The position numbers and the translations under genes are program-made. Shown in pieces: positions 9,702 to 19,149 of a DNA stretch of 64,000 nt; positions within the stretch are counted from its first letter, which is position 1; each line of letters starts with the position of its first letter. This DNA is from Gemmatimonadaceae bacterium (GTDB lineage: Bacteria > Gemmatimonadota > Gemmatimonadetes > Gemmatimonadales > Gemmatimonadaceae), in NCBI GenBank assembly GCA_045803545.1, contig JBJMOW010000004.1, positions 864,001 through 928,000 on the forward strand. The letters run 5' to 3'. The notes beneath the pieces are model-generated. The model saw nothing but the letters and a program-made list of their open reading frames with translations. It was not told the origin of the DNA and ran no database searches.

Positions 9702-12148
9702 AATCCGATCGGAGTGCCGGGCGGGAGTTGAATCACAGCGGTCGTCCTGGGTGGCGCGATGCGCTTATCCAGCCAGTTGCGCGAGTCGCGCACAATAGCG
9801 CTGTTAGCAGCGCGATCGTCGGCGTCACCGGGATTGCCTGCAGCTAGCCGATTTGCAAGCCGATTGAGATTGCTCTCCGCGACCGCGCGGGCGTCGGCGG
9901 TTGCGCGAGGATTCGACGCAAGTGCCAGGAGCGCATCCACAACCGATCGGCGCGCGGCACGGCGCAACGACGATTCATAAGCCGTGGTTGCCGTCGCCTT
10001 GTCGAAAACTGACGCGAGCATCGTGCTCATTACTTCGTCGGCGCTCGGCGACGCCGAGTTGCGCGCATGGAACGCGAACAAACGCTCGACCCGCTCGGGC
10101 TGCAGAATTCCATCTGCGACGTAACCAGAGAGAGCGCGCGCGACCGCCAGCGGATCGAAAACAATTCCGGCAGGCGAGTCGAACGTCCACCCTCCGCGAA
10201 ATCCGTAGGGTGACGGCGGCAGCTTGGCGAGAACACGCTCCGGTATCGCCAGCGCCTTCGGTTGGATCGTCGCTATCAATGCCGTGAGTGCCTCGCGTTG
10301 TCTCGCCGGATCGATCACGCGCGCCGGAACCTGGGTGTCTCCGCGCAAAGCGAAGGTATAATCCATCCCACCAATCGCTTTGATTGCGCCTTCGATCGCG
10401 TAGCGATGATGCAGATAGACGGGAACGAGTCGTTCGTTGAGGAACCACATCGGATCGCCTGGCGGGATAACACTCTCGTCGAACTTCGACAGCAGAACAT
10501 CGCGCACTGCACTCTGTCGCTCGAGCTCCTTCACGGCGTCGTTGCCATTGAGCCAGCGCGTCGCTTCGGGAACGACACCCGCATCCGCATCGCGGTCTGA
10601 CAGGAAGCGCGTTCCTTTGGCAATCGCGTCGCGCATCAGTGCATCGAGTCCCGCTCTCTCCTCGGTGGGTGAGGTGAACTGGGTATACGCGAATCGGATC
10701 GCGAGGGTATCGTAGGACCCGGTCCCAGATCTCCACGCATTCGAGACATCGACGGTGCCGTCTTTCCTCAGCGTCACCAGCGGCCCGGGATAGTCCATCA
10801 CGCTTGCCCGGCCGTATGTATGAGACACGTAGTTGTGCGCAAGGCCGAGGGTGTGGCCGATCTCGTGAGCGATGTGCTGGCGCCGGCGTGCCATCGTGAA
10901 TTCGGTTCCGTTCACTTTTGGATCGAGCGACGTGATCCACGCTTCGGTGGCATCGTCCATCGCCGGCTCCATTCCGGCGAAGATGTTGTAGTCGGTGATG
11001 GACCGATATGTGTCCATCTTGAGCGCGGCTTTGATGATCTCACCCGTGCGAGGATCGACGAACGACTGACCGACGGAGAATCCCGGATCGCTGCGGTGGA
11101 CCCATTGAATCACTGAGTAGCGCGCATCCATCGGATCGACGGAGTCAGGCAGATCCTCGACGCGGAATGCGTTGGTGAATCCGGCCGCCTCGAAGGTCTT
11201 GTTCCACCAACTGGCGCCCTGCTTGAACGCCGTTCGATACGGCTCGGGTACACCGCGATCGAGGTAGTACACGAGTGGCTTGATGGGATCGGACAGCGCG
11301 GCGTTCGGATCTTTCTTCTCGAGACGCCACCGCGCCAGCCAACGCACCTGCGGCCGTCGGTTGAACGGCAGCGAGAAATCGTAGAAGTCGACCGAGAACA
11401 TCCCGACGCGCGGATCGAACGCGCGCGGTTTGTAATTGCTGTCCGGCAGCTCTACGAACGAGTGATGTTGACGAAGCGTCAGCGCGCGCGCATCGGGTGT
11501 GTGGCGAGCGACGTCGCTGCCCGGCGCATCGCTCTCGAAGGTGAGCAGAACTTCCACCTCGGTGTTCCTGGGAAAAGCTTTGGTTCGCGCCGGATAGATC
11601 GCACTTCGATTCCTGTCGAGCCGGAAGCTGCCCTGCTGACCGCGCTGCAGGTTACCACGGACGTCGAACACATCCTGAAGTACGAAGTCGCTTGCGTCGA
11701 CCAGAACTCTGCCGCTCTCTTCCGCGAGGATGGGGAATGAGGCCAGCACCGAATTGGCAAACGATTCCTCGACGGTGCGCTCCTCGACGGTATCGCCAGA
11801 AGCGCGGAAATCGAGATTGCGGCGAACCAGAAAGATGCGGGGCCCAAACCGCTCGAATCTCACCACGCCCTGATCGCCGGTGGTGCCGCGATCCAGTCCG
11901 CGATCGTTGGAGCCCAGCCCCGTGGAGAGCGAGTAGAGGTAGAGGAAATCCTGATCGAACCGTGAGATCTCGAACAGCAGCTTGCCCGTGCGCTCGTCGA
12001 GATAGAACGGAATGAATCCGTCTCGGCGCTCGAGCCCGGCGGTTTGTTGAGCCCAGGTTCGGGGAGCGGCCTGCTGGGCGGGTTGCTGCGCTAAGGCGGT
12101 CGACGCCAGCATGGAAAGGCTGGCCACTATCGAAGTCAGGTATCTCAT
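9698..12148 (-). CDS. Exported zinc-dependent metalloprotease (EcxA-like metzincin)
   Basis: HEIGHTLGLAHN zinc motif, SVMDY Met-turn; signal peptide from ATG 12148 (MRYLTSIVASLSML); the longer ORF-track start overlaps the ABC permease. Confidence 0.9.
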   Translation of the reverse strand: MRYLTSIVASLSMLASTALAQQPAQQAAPRTWAQQTAGLERRDGFIPFYLDERTGKLLFEISRFDQDFLYLYSLSTGLGSNDRGLDRGTTGDQGVVRFERFGPRIFLVRRNLDFRASGDTVEERTVEESFANSVLASFPILAEESGRVLVDASDFVLQDVFDVRGNLQRGQQGSFRLDRNRSAIYPARTKAFPRNTEVEVLLTFESDAPGSDVARHTPDARALTLRQHHSFVELPDSNYKPRAFDPRVGMFSVDFYDFSLPFNRRPQVRWLARWRLEKKDPNAALSDPIKPLVYYLDRGVPEPYRTAFKQGASWWNKTFEAAGFTNAFRVEDLPDSVDPMDARYSVIQWVHRSDPGFSVGQSFVDPRTGEIIKAALKMDTYRSITDYNIFAGMEPAMDDATEAWITSLDPKVNGTEFTMARRRQHIAHEIGHTLGLAHNYVSHTYGRASVMDYPGPLVTLRKDGTVDVSNAWRSGTGSYDTLAIRFAYTQFTSPTEERAGLDALMRDAIAKGTRFLSDRDADAGVVPEATRWLNGNDAVKELERQSAVRDVLLSKFDESVIPPGDPMWFLNERLVPVYLHHRYAIEGAIKAIGGMDYTFALRGDTQVPARVIDPARQREALTALIATIQPKALAIPERVLAKLPPSPYGFRGGWTFDSPAGIVFDPLAVARALSGYVADGILQPERVERLFAFHARNSASPSADEVMSTMLASVFDKATATTAYESSLRRAARRSVVDALLALASNPRATADARAVAESNLNRLANRLAAGNPGDADDRAANSAIVRDSRNWLDKRIAPPRTTAVIQLPPGTPIGF

Positions 12149-12216
12149 GGGAACGCCAATATGCGGGCGGTCGTCCCCAGGGATCAATGTGTTCCGATCA
12201 CGCGGCAGCAGCGCGT

Positions 12217-12978
12217 CTACTCCCACTTGAACAGGCGAGACGTCAGCGCGACACAGATCACGAAGACTACGGCGAGCGCGAAAATGTCTCCGCTGTGGGC
12301 TGACCAGGTGTCGCCCGTCCAAATCCCCTGAAGCAGCGACGCCGAGTGCGTGAGTGGCAACACCCTGGCGATTGCGCGCAGCTTGGGCGGGAGTGACGCA
12401 GTCGGAACGAATAATCCCGAGAGCCCGATCATCGGATAGAAAATCACCGCGCCAATCGGCTGCGCGAATCGCGCCGTCGGTATGATGCTGGCCACGATAA
12501 ACCCAATGGAAAGAATGCTGAGCGTGCTGATCAACAACGCGATGGTGAATCTGCCCACTGGCACCTGTGATCCGATCGAAAAGTACCGCTTCCCTGCGAG
12601 CAGCATCAGCATCATCGTCAGTGTGGTGAGCAGCAGCTTCACCAGGACGTGCGCAGAGAGAATCGTCCACGGTCGGAGCGGCGTCGCGCGCATGCGCTTG
12701 AGAATCCCTCCTTCGCGGTAGATCGAGATGATGTTAGCGAGCGAGAGTACTGCGCTTACCGTCACGGTTAGCGCCAGCAACGTCGGAATACCACCAGCCG
12801 CCAGCAGACCGCTAAATGATTCAGTCGGTGCCGCGGTCTCGCCCGCGGTCGCTTTACCGAGGAAGATGAACGCGATGACGGGGATCACGATCGTCCCAAT
12901 CGCGCCGAGCGGCTCACGGATGAAGATCTTGATCTCGACCCATGTAAGCTGACCCAGCCCTCGCAGCGGATTCGTCAT
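12217..12978 (-). CDS. ABC-2 type transporter permease
   Basis: Six TM segments, REGGILKRMRATP, LSGLFVP...LPLTH. Confidence 0.9.
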   Translation of the reverse strand: MTNPLRGLGQLTWVEIKIFIREPLGAIGTIVIPVIAFIFLGKATAGETAAPTESFSGLLAAGGIPTLLALTVTVSAVLSLANIISIYREGGILKRMRATPLRPWTILSAHVLVKLLLTTLTMMLMLLAGKRYFSIGSQVPVGRFTIALLISTLSILSIGFIVASIIPTARFAQPIGAVIFYPMIGLSGLFVPTASLPPKLRAIARVLPLTHSASLLQGIWTGDTWSAHSGDIFALAVVFVICVALTSRLFKWE

Positions 12979-12981
12979 CGA

Positions 12982-13911
12982 TCAGTCGCGAAGAGAGTGG
13001 CCGGTGAGCTTGAGGAACACATCTTCGAGGTTCGGCGTCTCAGTCCGGAAATCGGTGACGGTGATGTGATTCTCCGACAGGCAGCGGATGACATCAGTCA
13101 CCAGCCTGTCGCCCGCCCCGCGAACAGTGTATTGCGAATCACTCGGCCGCGTTAACGCCACGCCGGGAATCCGCGCCAGGTTCTCTGCCGCATGCGTGTC
13201 AAGCGTGGCCAGCGTCACGCTGCGCTCGGGACAATACTTGTCGACGAGTCGCTGCGGCTGATCGATATCGATGATGCGGCCGCGATCTATGATCGCGACC
13301 CGGTCGCACAGCCGCTCTGCTTCTTCCATCAGATGCGTCGTCAGGAAAACGGTCTTGCCGCGCGTACGAATGTCGCGCACCAGATCCCAGATCTTCCGTC
13401 GCGCCTGCGGATCCAGGCCGGTGGTGAGCTCGTCGAGAAAGACGACTTCGGGATCGTTGATCAGAGCGAGCGCGATGAATAGCCGCTGTTTCTGGCCGCC
13501 GGAGAGCGTCATGAACCAGGCGTTGCGCTTGTCGGCGAGGCCAAGCTGCTCGAGCAGGTGGTCACCGATCGCAATCGGCTTCTTATAGAGCGACGCCCAC
13601 AGGTGCATCGCTTCCCAGACTTTGATTCTTTTTTGCAGCTGTGCCTGTTGCAGCTGGACCCCGATACGCTCCTGGAGTAGATAGACATCGCGAACGGGAT
13701 CGAGGCCGAGCACGGTGATGGAACCGGCGTTCGGCCGGCGGATGCCTTCGACGCATTCCATCGTCGTCGTCTTGCCGGCACCGTTTGGTCCGATGAGCCC
13801 GAAGATCTCGCCGTCGTTGACGTCGAACGAGACGTCTTCGACTGCTACGGTTTTGCCGTAGGCCTTACGTATCGAAGAGACCTGGATGACTGAGCCGAGA
13901 CGTCGGTTCAC
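12982..13911 (-). CDS. ABC transporter ATP-binding protein (DrrA-like exporter)
   Basis: Walker A GPNGAGKTT, LSGGQ, FLDE, TTH, C-terminal LEDVFL. Confidence 0.95.
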   Translation of the reverse strand: MNRRLGSVIQVSSIRKAYGKTVAVEDVSFDVNDGEIFGLIGPNGAGKTTTMECVEGIRRPNAGSITVLGLDPVRDVYLLQERIGVQLQQAQLQKRIKVWEAMHLWASLYKKPIAIGDHLLEQLGLADKRNAWFMTLSGGQKQRLFIALALINDPEVVFLDELTTGLDPQARRKIWDLVRDIRTRGKTVFLTTHLMEEAERLCDRVAIIDRGRIIDIDQPQRLVDKYCPERSVTLATLDTHAAENLARIPGVALTRPSDSQYTVRGAGDRLVTDVIRCLSENHITVTDFRTETPNLEDVFLKLTGHSLRD

Positions 13912-13988
13912 CCCGTCAAAGTTAAAGCGCCGACGGCATTCGGGCTTGTCGCCCTTAATCCAGAAACGCAGCCATTAGATTCCACCGA

Positions 13989-15686
13989 ATGACAACGCAT
14001 TCGACTGCTCTAATCGTCGCTGCCACGTGGATTGTCGCTGCGACGTCGCCTGTCTCTGCGCAGACAGTGCAGCCATCCTGCTCCAGCCACCCCGCTCCCA
14101 CCGAGAACCTCGCGGCACAGCTCGCGAAATTCCGCCCCGTGCAGATGCCGTTCAACACGTCCGGCCTCTCCACCCGCGAAGTCGCAATGGTGCGGAAGCT
14201 GGTCGAAGCGGGACAGGATCTCGAGAGCATCTTCTGGCGACAGAGCGATCCGCAGGGGCTCGCGATCTACCAGGCTCTCGCCAACTGTCCCGGCGCCACT
14301 GAAAAGCAGATTCACCACTATCTGCTGATCAACGGTAATCGCTACGACTTGCTCGAGGGCAACAAGCCCTTCCTCGCCAACACTCGGTACGAACCCGGTC
14401 ACGCGCTCTTCCCCGCGGGAATCACGCGCAAGGAAATCGAGGACTACGTCGCCGCGCATCCTGCTAAGAAAGCTGAGATTTACAATCCGTGGACAGTCGT
14501 CAAACGCCAGGGCAGGGAACTGGTCGGTGTCCCGTATCACGTCGAGTACAACCAGTGGCTCCTCCCCGCCGCCAAAGCGCTGCGGGATGCGGCTGCACTC
14601 TCCGACGACAGGCAATTCGCGAATTTCCTGCGGCTCCGGGCCGACGCGTTGCTCACCGACAACTACTATAGTAGTGATCTCGCGTGGGTCGACCTCGACA
14701 ATCACAAGTTCGACGTCATCTTCGCCCCTTACGAGACGTATCTGGACGACCTGCTCGGCGTCAAAACTTCGTACGGCGTCGCGGTGATGATCCGAAATCC
14801 CGCCGAGTCGGCGAAGCTCACTATGTACAAGAAGTACGCGGCGGCGATTCAGGACGCGCTGCCGATTCCCGCCGCCGATCGCCCGTCGAACGCGGGACAT
14901 CCAACGCCGATGGAAGTGATGGACACGCCGTTCCGCGCCGGTGATCTGCGTCACGGATACCAGGCCGTCGCCGACAATCTTCCAAACGACCCGCGCATCC
15001 ACGCCGAGAAGGGAACGAAGAAAATCTTCTTCAAGAACTTCATGGACGCTCGGGTGAACTATGTCGTGCTGCCGATCGCCAAACTCCTGTTGCGCGCCGA
15101 TCAGGCGAACCTCGCTTCGGGCGATGGTTATCTCACCACCACCGTCATGCACGAGATCTCGCACGGACTCGGCCCTGCGTACTCACGCATTAATGGCAAG
15201 CAGGCCGATATTCGCGAATCGATCGGTCCGATCTACAGTGGTCTCGAGGAAGCGAAGGCTGACATCGTCGGACTCTACGGTCTCGATTGGCTGATGAATC
15301 ACGGCGTGCTGCCCAAGGCACGCGCACGCGATTTCTACGCATCGGAAGTCGCCGGAATCTTCCGCACCGTACGATTCGGGACCGCCGAGGCGCACGCGAA
15401 GGCGGAGATGATGGAGTTCAACTATTTCGTGGAGCAGGGCGCGATCACCCGCGATGCAGCAACGGGTCGTTATGCGATCGACTTCGCGAAGATGCCCGGC
15501 GCTGTTGCGAGTCTGGCGAAGGAGCTGCTGACGATCGAGGCGACGGGCAATCGTGCGCGCGCGGAAGCCTGGATGACGAAGTACGGAACGATGCCGGCGG
15601 ACCTGAAAGCGGCGCTAGATAGAACGACGAGTACCGTGCCCGTCGATGTTGATCCGATTACGGCGTTCGGTGAAGCGGTGAAATAG
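13989..15686 (+). CDS. Exported dipeptidyl-peptidase III family (M49) zinc peptidase
   Basis: HEISH plus EEAKAD zinc ligands, PYETYLD, NLPND; signal peptide. Confidence 0.85.
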   Translation: MTTHSTALIVAATWIVAATSPVSAQTVQPSCSSHPAPTENLAAQLAKFRPVQMPFNTSGLSTREVAMVRKLVEAGQDLESIFWRQSDPQGLAIYQALANCPGATEKQIHHYLLINGNRYDLLEGNKPFLANTRYEPGHALFPAGITRKEIEDYVAAHPAKKAEIYNPWTVVKRQGRELVGVPYHVEYNQWLLPAAKALRDAAALSDDRQFANFLRLRADALLTDNYYSSDLAWVDLDNHKFDVIFAPYETYLDDLLGVKTSYGVAVMIRNPAESAKLTMYKKYAAAIQDALPIPAADRPSNAGHPTPMEVMDTPFRAGDLRHGYQAVADNLPNDPRIHAEKGTKKIFFKNFMDARVNYVVLPIAKLLLRADQANLASGDGYLTTTVMHEISHGLGPAYSRINGKQADIRESIGPIYSGLEEAKADIVGLYGLDWLMNHGVLPKARARDFYASEVAGIFRTVRFGTAEAHAKAEMMEFNYFVEQGAITRDAATGRYAIDFAKMPGAVASLAKELLTIEATGNRARAEAWMTKYGTMPADLKAALDRTTSTVPVDVDPITAFGEAVK

Positions 15687-15769
15687 GGAGGCGGGAAGCG
15701 ATGAACGCCGGATAGCGAGATGGGCTTTCTCCTGCCTTCCCGCCTCCCGCCTCCCGCCTCCCGCTTACC
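15686..15769. repeat. Heptamer (GC[C/T]TCCC)n array forming an inverted repeat between convergent genes
   Basis: GGGAGGCGGGAAG (15686-15698) is the reverse complement of CTTCCCGCCTCCC (15736-15748), followed by further tandem GCCTCCC units. Confidence 0.75.
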
Positions 15770-15771
15770 TC

Positions 15772-16479
15772 TTACCGCCTATTCGCCGGTCGAATCGACC
15801 GAACGTAACCGGAGAATCCTTCGGTCCTCAGATCAGGAGCACTTTGGTCGAGTGTGATGCAGTCTCCGGTGTAATTCGCTCCGGAGCAGACTTCCCAACT
15901 CCCTCGCCCGACGTTGATGCTGCGAATGGGCTGTCTTCCGAGATTCGAAACCGCCGCTGTGTACCGGCGCGCAGTGCCGCGGTAGTTCATGGCTGGATAG
16001 ACGGTGATCGACCAACCCCGCGTCGAATTCCGAGACACATTGTACGTGCCGTTGCCGTTATTGTACGTGCCGTTGCCGTTACTGTATGTGCCGTTGTTGT
16101 AGGTGCCGTTGTTGTACGTTCCCGCCTGGCGAACGGGTCGTACCGAGCCGATCCGGCGCAGATTGTAGGTGCCGAGGTCTGGCGCACTTTGAGTGAGCGT
16201 GACGCATCTGCCGTTGAAGTTCGGATCTTCGCAGACCTGCCACGTTCCGCCGTTGATGTTGATGCTTCTCGCCATCCGGCGCCATTGTGGGCCGAGGTTC
16301 GAAGCGGATGAGGTGAAGTTCGCCGAATTGCCGGCGTAGTTCGCCTGATCATAAACCACCAGGTTCCAGCCGGTCTGCATTGCAGACCCTGGTATTCTTT
16401 GGCCCTGAGCTGCCGCTGAGGCGGTTAATGCAGCGCTGGCGGCGACCAGTAGCGAAAATGTTAAAGCCGGGGATTTCAT
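15772..16479 (-). CDS. Exported protein with two beta/gamma-crystallin domains and an NNGTY-repeat linker
   Basis: Signal peptide; two copies of VY...NY.G...SI....G.W.VC...N(F/Y).G.C.TL.QSAPDL. Confidence 0.85.
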   Translation of the reverse strand: MKSPALTFSLLVAASAALTASAAAQGQRIPGSAMQTGWNLVVYDQANYAGNSANFTSSASNLGPQWRRMARSININGGTWQVCEDPNFNGRCVTLTQSAPDLGTYNLRRIGSVRPVRQAGTYNNGTYNNGTYSNGNGTYNNGNGTYNVSRNSTRGWSITVYPAMNYRGTARRYTAAVSNLGRQPIRSINVGRGSWEVCSGANYTGDCITLDQSAPDLRTEGFSGYVRSIRPANRR

Positions 16480-16548
16480 TCTTACACCCTCCTGACACGG
16501 TTAAAAAACTCATGCCTATACAACTGCGTGAGTCGTGCCGGAGGACTG

Positions 16549-17943
16549 CTACTCAGCCGCGACTAATGCACTTGCGATCGCGGTGCCGTCCCGTTCTGGC
16601 TGGGCTGGAAAAGTGAGTCTGCGATTGAATTCGCGGCGCAGCAGCAGCATTGAGATCGCGAGCTGAATGAACACCGCGGTGACCGACAGATACCAGATCC
16701 AGTTGAGATGAAATCCTGGTGTCCGGGAAAGGACAATTGCCGGCACTGCGACAAGCAACACGCGGATGCCTGACGCGATGAGTGACGGGATGGTGTTGCC
16801 CATCGCCTGGAACATGCTCGACGCGACGAAGATCAATCCGGAAGCGATGAAGGTCCACGAGACGATGCGCAGATATACGCTGCCGACGTCGAGCACCGCC
16901 GGATCCTTGGAGAATATCCCAATCAATGCGCGCGGCGCGAATTCGCCGACCGCGATCAGCAGCACCATGATCGACGTCACCATGTATGCGGCTTTGCGAA
17001 ACGTGTCGACGACGCGCTCACGATTGCGCGCGCCGAAATTCTGACCCGCAACCGGCGCCACTGAAAAGCCCAGTGCCACGGCGGGCATGAACAGCGATTG
17101 GATCACGCGCTGGCCAATGCCAAAACCAGCCTGCGCTGCCGCACCAAACGGCCGCGCGAGCGAATAGACGACGATGAGATAGACTGCCATCATCCCGAAT
17201 TCAAAGCCGGCAGGCAGGCCAATGTTGAGCATCTTGCGCCACAGCGCGAGCTGCGGCTTCTGATCGGCGCGAATGAATCGCAGGTACGAATCCTTGGCAA
17301 AGAAGTACGCGCCGAACCAAATGATCGCCGCGATGATGGCGATGAGCGAAGCGATTGCGGCGCCGGCGACACCGAAGGGATGGCCGGTGACCCAACCGAA
17401 AATCAGAAATGGCGCGAACACCATGTTGATGACGATGGAGCCGGTGCCGACGATCATACCCGTTTTGAAGTTGCCGACTCCGCGTAGTGCTGCGCCGGCC
17501 GCCACCATCAGGAACTGCAGCGCCATCGCCGGAATGAACCAGAGCAGGTATTGCCCAGCGAGTGTGGCGGTCTCCGGATCCGGGCTCATCGCCCGAGTAT
17601 ACGGACCGCGCAACAACAACCCCAAAATCAGAAAGATGAATCCGGTAACCACGGCCAATACCTGCGCCTGATTGAACATCAGCTGTGCACCTTCGCGATC
17701 CTTTCTTCCAATCGCGTGGGACACTACGGTCGTCGTGCCGACGCCGAGCATCTGCGTGAGCGCGAGGACGATGAAGGTGAGATTGCCGGCGATGCCAACG
17801 GCGGCGACGGCGTGTGTGCCCAGTCTGCCGACCCAGTACAGATCGATCAGGAAATACAGCGTCTGGAAGATCATCATCACGAGCATGAAGCTCGTGGTCT
17901 TCAGCAGGTGCCGAGTGAGGGGGCCGGTGGTCAGGTCTTCCAT
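16549..17943 (-). CDS. MATE family efflux transporter
   Basis: About 12 TM, DLYWVGRLG, RGVGN, IGLPAG, GQNFGA, QAMGNT. Confidence 0.92.
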   Translation of the reverse strand: MEDLTTGPLTRHLLKTTSFMLVMMIFQTLYFLIDLYWVGRLGTHAVAAVGIAGNLTFIVLALTQMLGVGTTTVVSHAIGRKDREGAQLMFNQAQVLAVVTGFIFLILGLLLRGPYTRAMSPDPETATLAGQYLLWFIPAMALQFLMVAAGAALRGVGNFKTGMIVGTGSIVINMVFAPFLIFGWVTGHPFGVAGAAIASLIAIIAAIIWFGAYFFAKDSYLRFIRADQKPQLALWRKMLNIGLPAGFEFGMMAVYLIVVYSLARPFGAAAQAGFGIGQRVIQSLFMPAVALGFSVAPVAGQNFGARNRERVVDTFRKAAYMVTSIMVLLIAVGEFAPRALIGIFSKDPAVLDVGSVYLRIVSWTFIASGLIFVASSMFQAMGNTIPSLIASGIRVLLVAVPAIVLSRTPGFHLNWIWYLSVTAVFIQLAISMLLLRREFNRRLTFPAQPERDGTAIASALVAAE

Positions 17944-17963
17944 AGTCCGCTAATGTAGTAGCA

Positions 17964-18998
17964 ATGGGATTCTTTGTCAGTCCTTTCCGCGCGGCATCGG
18001 TTTTGGTGTTTTCGCTTGTTGCAGCAGCGACGGGCGAGGGACAGGAAGTGCATCAGCTCGCTGCTACACCGAGCACTGTCGCCTACGGCTATTACTGGTC
18101 GGAAGCGAAACCTGCACTGCGCATAAAATCCGGTGATATCGTCGAGGTCGAGACGATGCTCACCAACACGCCGACGGGTCTGGAACGACTTGGCGTCAAA
18201 CCGGCCGACATTCCACAGGCGTTGCGCGACATCGTGGCGCAGGACACCGGCTCGCTGCGCGGACCAGGCGGCCACATTCTCACCGGTCCGATTTACATCG
18301 AAGGCGCGGATTCGGGGGATGTGCTCGAGGTCAGGCTGCTATCGATCACGCTACCGATCGACTACGCGTACAACGGTTGTCGAGGCTTCGTTCCGGAGCT
18401 TTGCGGTCCGCCGGGCGCTCGCGTCAGCACCCTGGTTCATCTCGATCGCGCGCACATGACGGCGGAGGTCGCACCTGGAATCACTGTTCCACTCCGTCCA
18501 TTCTTCGGCTCGATCGGCGTAGCCCCTGCTCCATCACTCGGCAGAGTGAGCAGCAATCCGCCGTCGCGTCACGCGGGAAATCTCGACAACAAGGAGCTCG
18601 TTGCGGGAACCACGCTGTACATACCGGTGTTCGTCAAAGGCGCGCTGCTCGAGATTGGTGACGGTCACGCCGCCCAGGGTGACGGGGAAGTCGATCAGAC
18701 CGCGATCGAGACCAATCTCCACGGCCGAGTGCAGCTGATCGTGCGCAAGGACATGAAACTCGATTGGCCCCGGGCAGAGACGCCGACGCACTGGATCACC
18801 ATGGGCACCGACACGTCACTGGTCGTGGCCACGAAAACAGCGATTCGCGAAATGGTGAAACTGCTGCAGGAGAAGAAATCCCTGACCGAGGCGCAGGCTT
18901 ATCAGGCGGCTTCGATGGCGGCGGACCTACGCATCACCGAGCTCGTCGACGGGAACGTTGGCGTACACATGATGATCGCCAAAAGTTATTTACGCTGA
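17964..18998 (+). CDS. Acetamidase/formamidase family protein with signal peptide
   Basis: HILTGPIYIEGA, GNLDNKEL, GDGHAAQGDGEV...AIE. Confidence 0.9.
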   Translation: MGFFVSPFRAASVLVFSLVAAATGEGQEVHQLAATPSTVAYGYYWSEAKPALRIKSGDIVEVETMLTNTPTGLERLGVKPADIPQALRDIVAQDTGSLRGPGGHILTGPIYIEGADSGDVLEVRLLSITLPIDYAYNGCRGFVPELCGPPGARVSTLVHLDRAHMTAEVAPGITVPLRPFFGSIGVAPAPSLGRVSSNPPSRHAGNLDNKELVAGTTLYIPVFVKGALLEIGDGHAAQGDGEVDQTAIETNLHGRVQLIVRKDMKLDWPRAETPTHWITMGTDTSLVVATKTAIREMVKLLQEKKSLTEAQAYQAASMAADLRITELVDGNVGVHMMIAKSYLR

Positions 18999-19013
18999 TC
19001 GCACGAGGAACAG

Positions 19014-19143
19014 GACTGAGGCCCGAGGACCAAGGGCATCGATCATCGCGGACTTATTGCTGATTGCTGACAAAAGCGCGCTTTTGTCGCCACTCCTCAA
19101 TTTGTCCGCGATCATAGATGCCTTTAGTCCTCAGGCCTCAGTC
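19014..19143. repeat. 130-bp imperfect palindromic element (REP/MITE-like), copy 1
   Basis: Arms GACTGAGGCCCGAGGAC.../...GTCCTCAGGCCTCAGTC pair at 53/65 positions without gaps (hand count); perfect central GACAAAAGCG|CGCTTTTGTC; second copy at 41794. Confidence 0.85.
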
Positions 19144-19149
19144 TTGTCC

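Noticed and set aside
12149..12670. N-terminal extension of the 990-aa metalloprotease ORF
   Set aside because: It overlaps the ABC permease in another frame; a clean signal peptide begins at ATG 12148.
14010..15164. Long antisense ORFs (e.g. 14010..15164, 5426..6469, 4205..5188, 39611..40504, 32518..33288)
   Set aside because: Shadows of real genes, expected from high-GC codon bias; no recognisable motifs.
16041..16120. Short direct repeats as a possible CRISPR array
   Set aside because: In-frame coding repeats (NNGTY) with no unique spacers and no cas genes.
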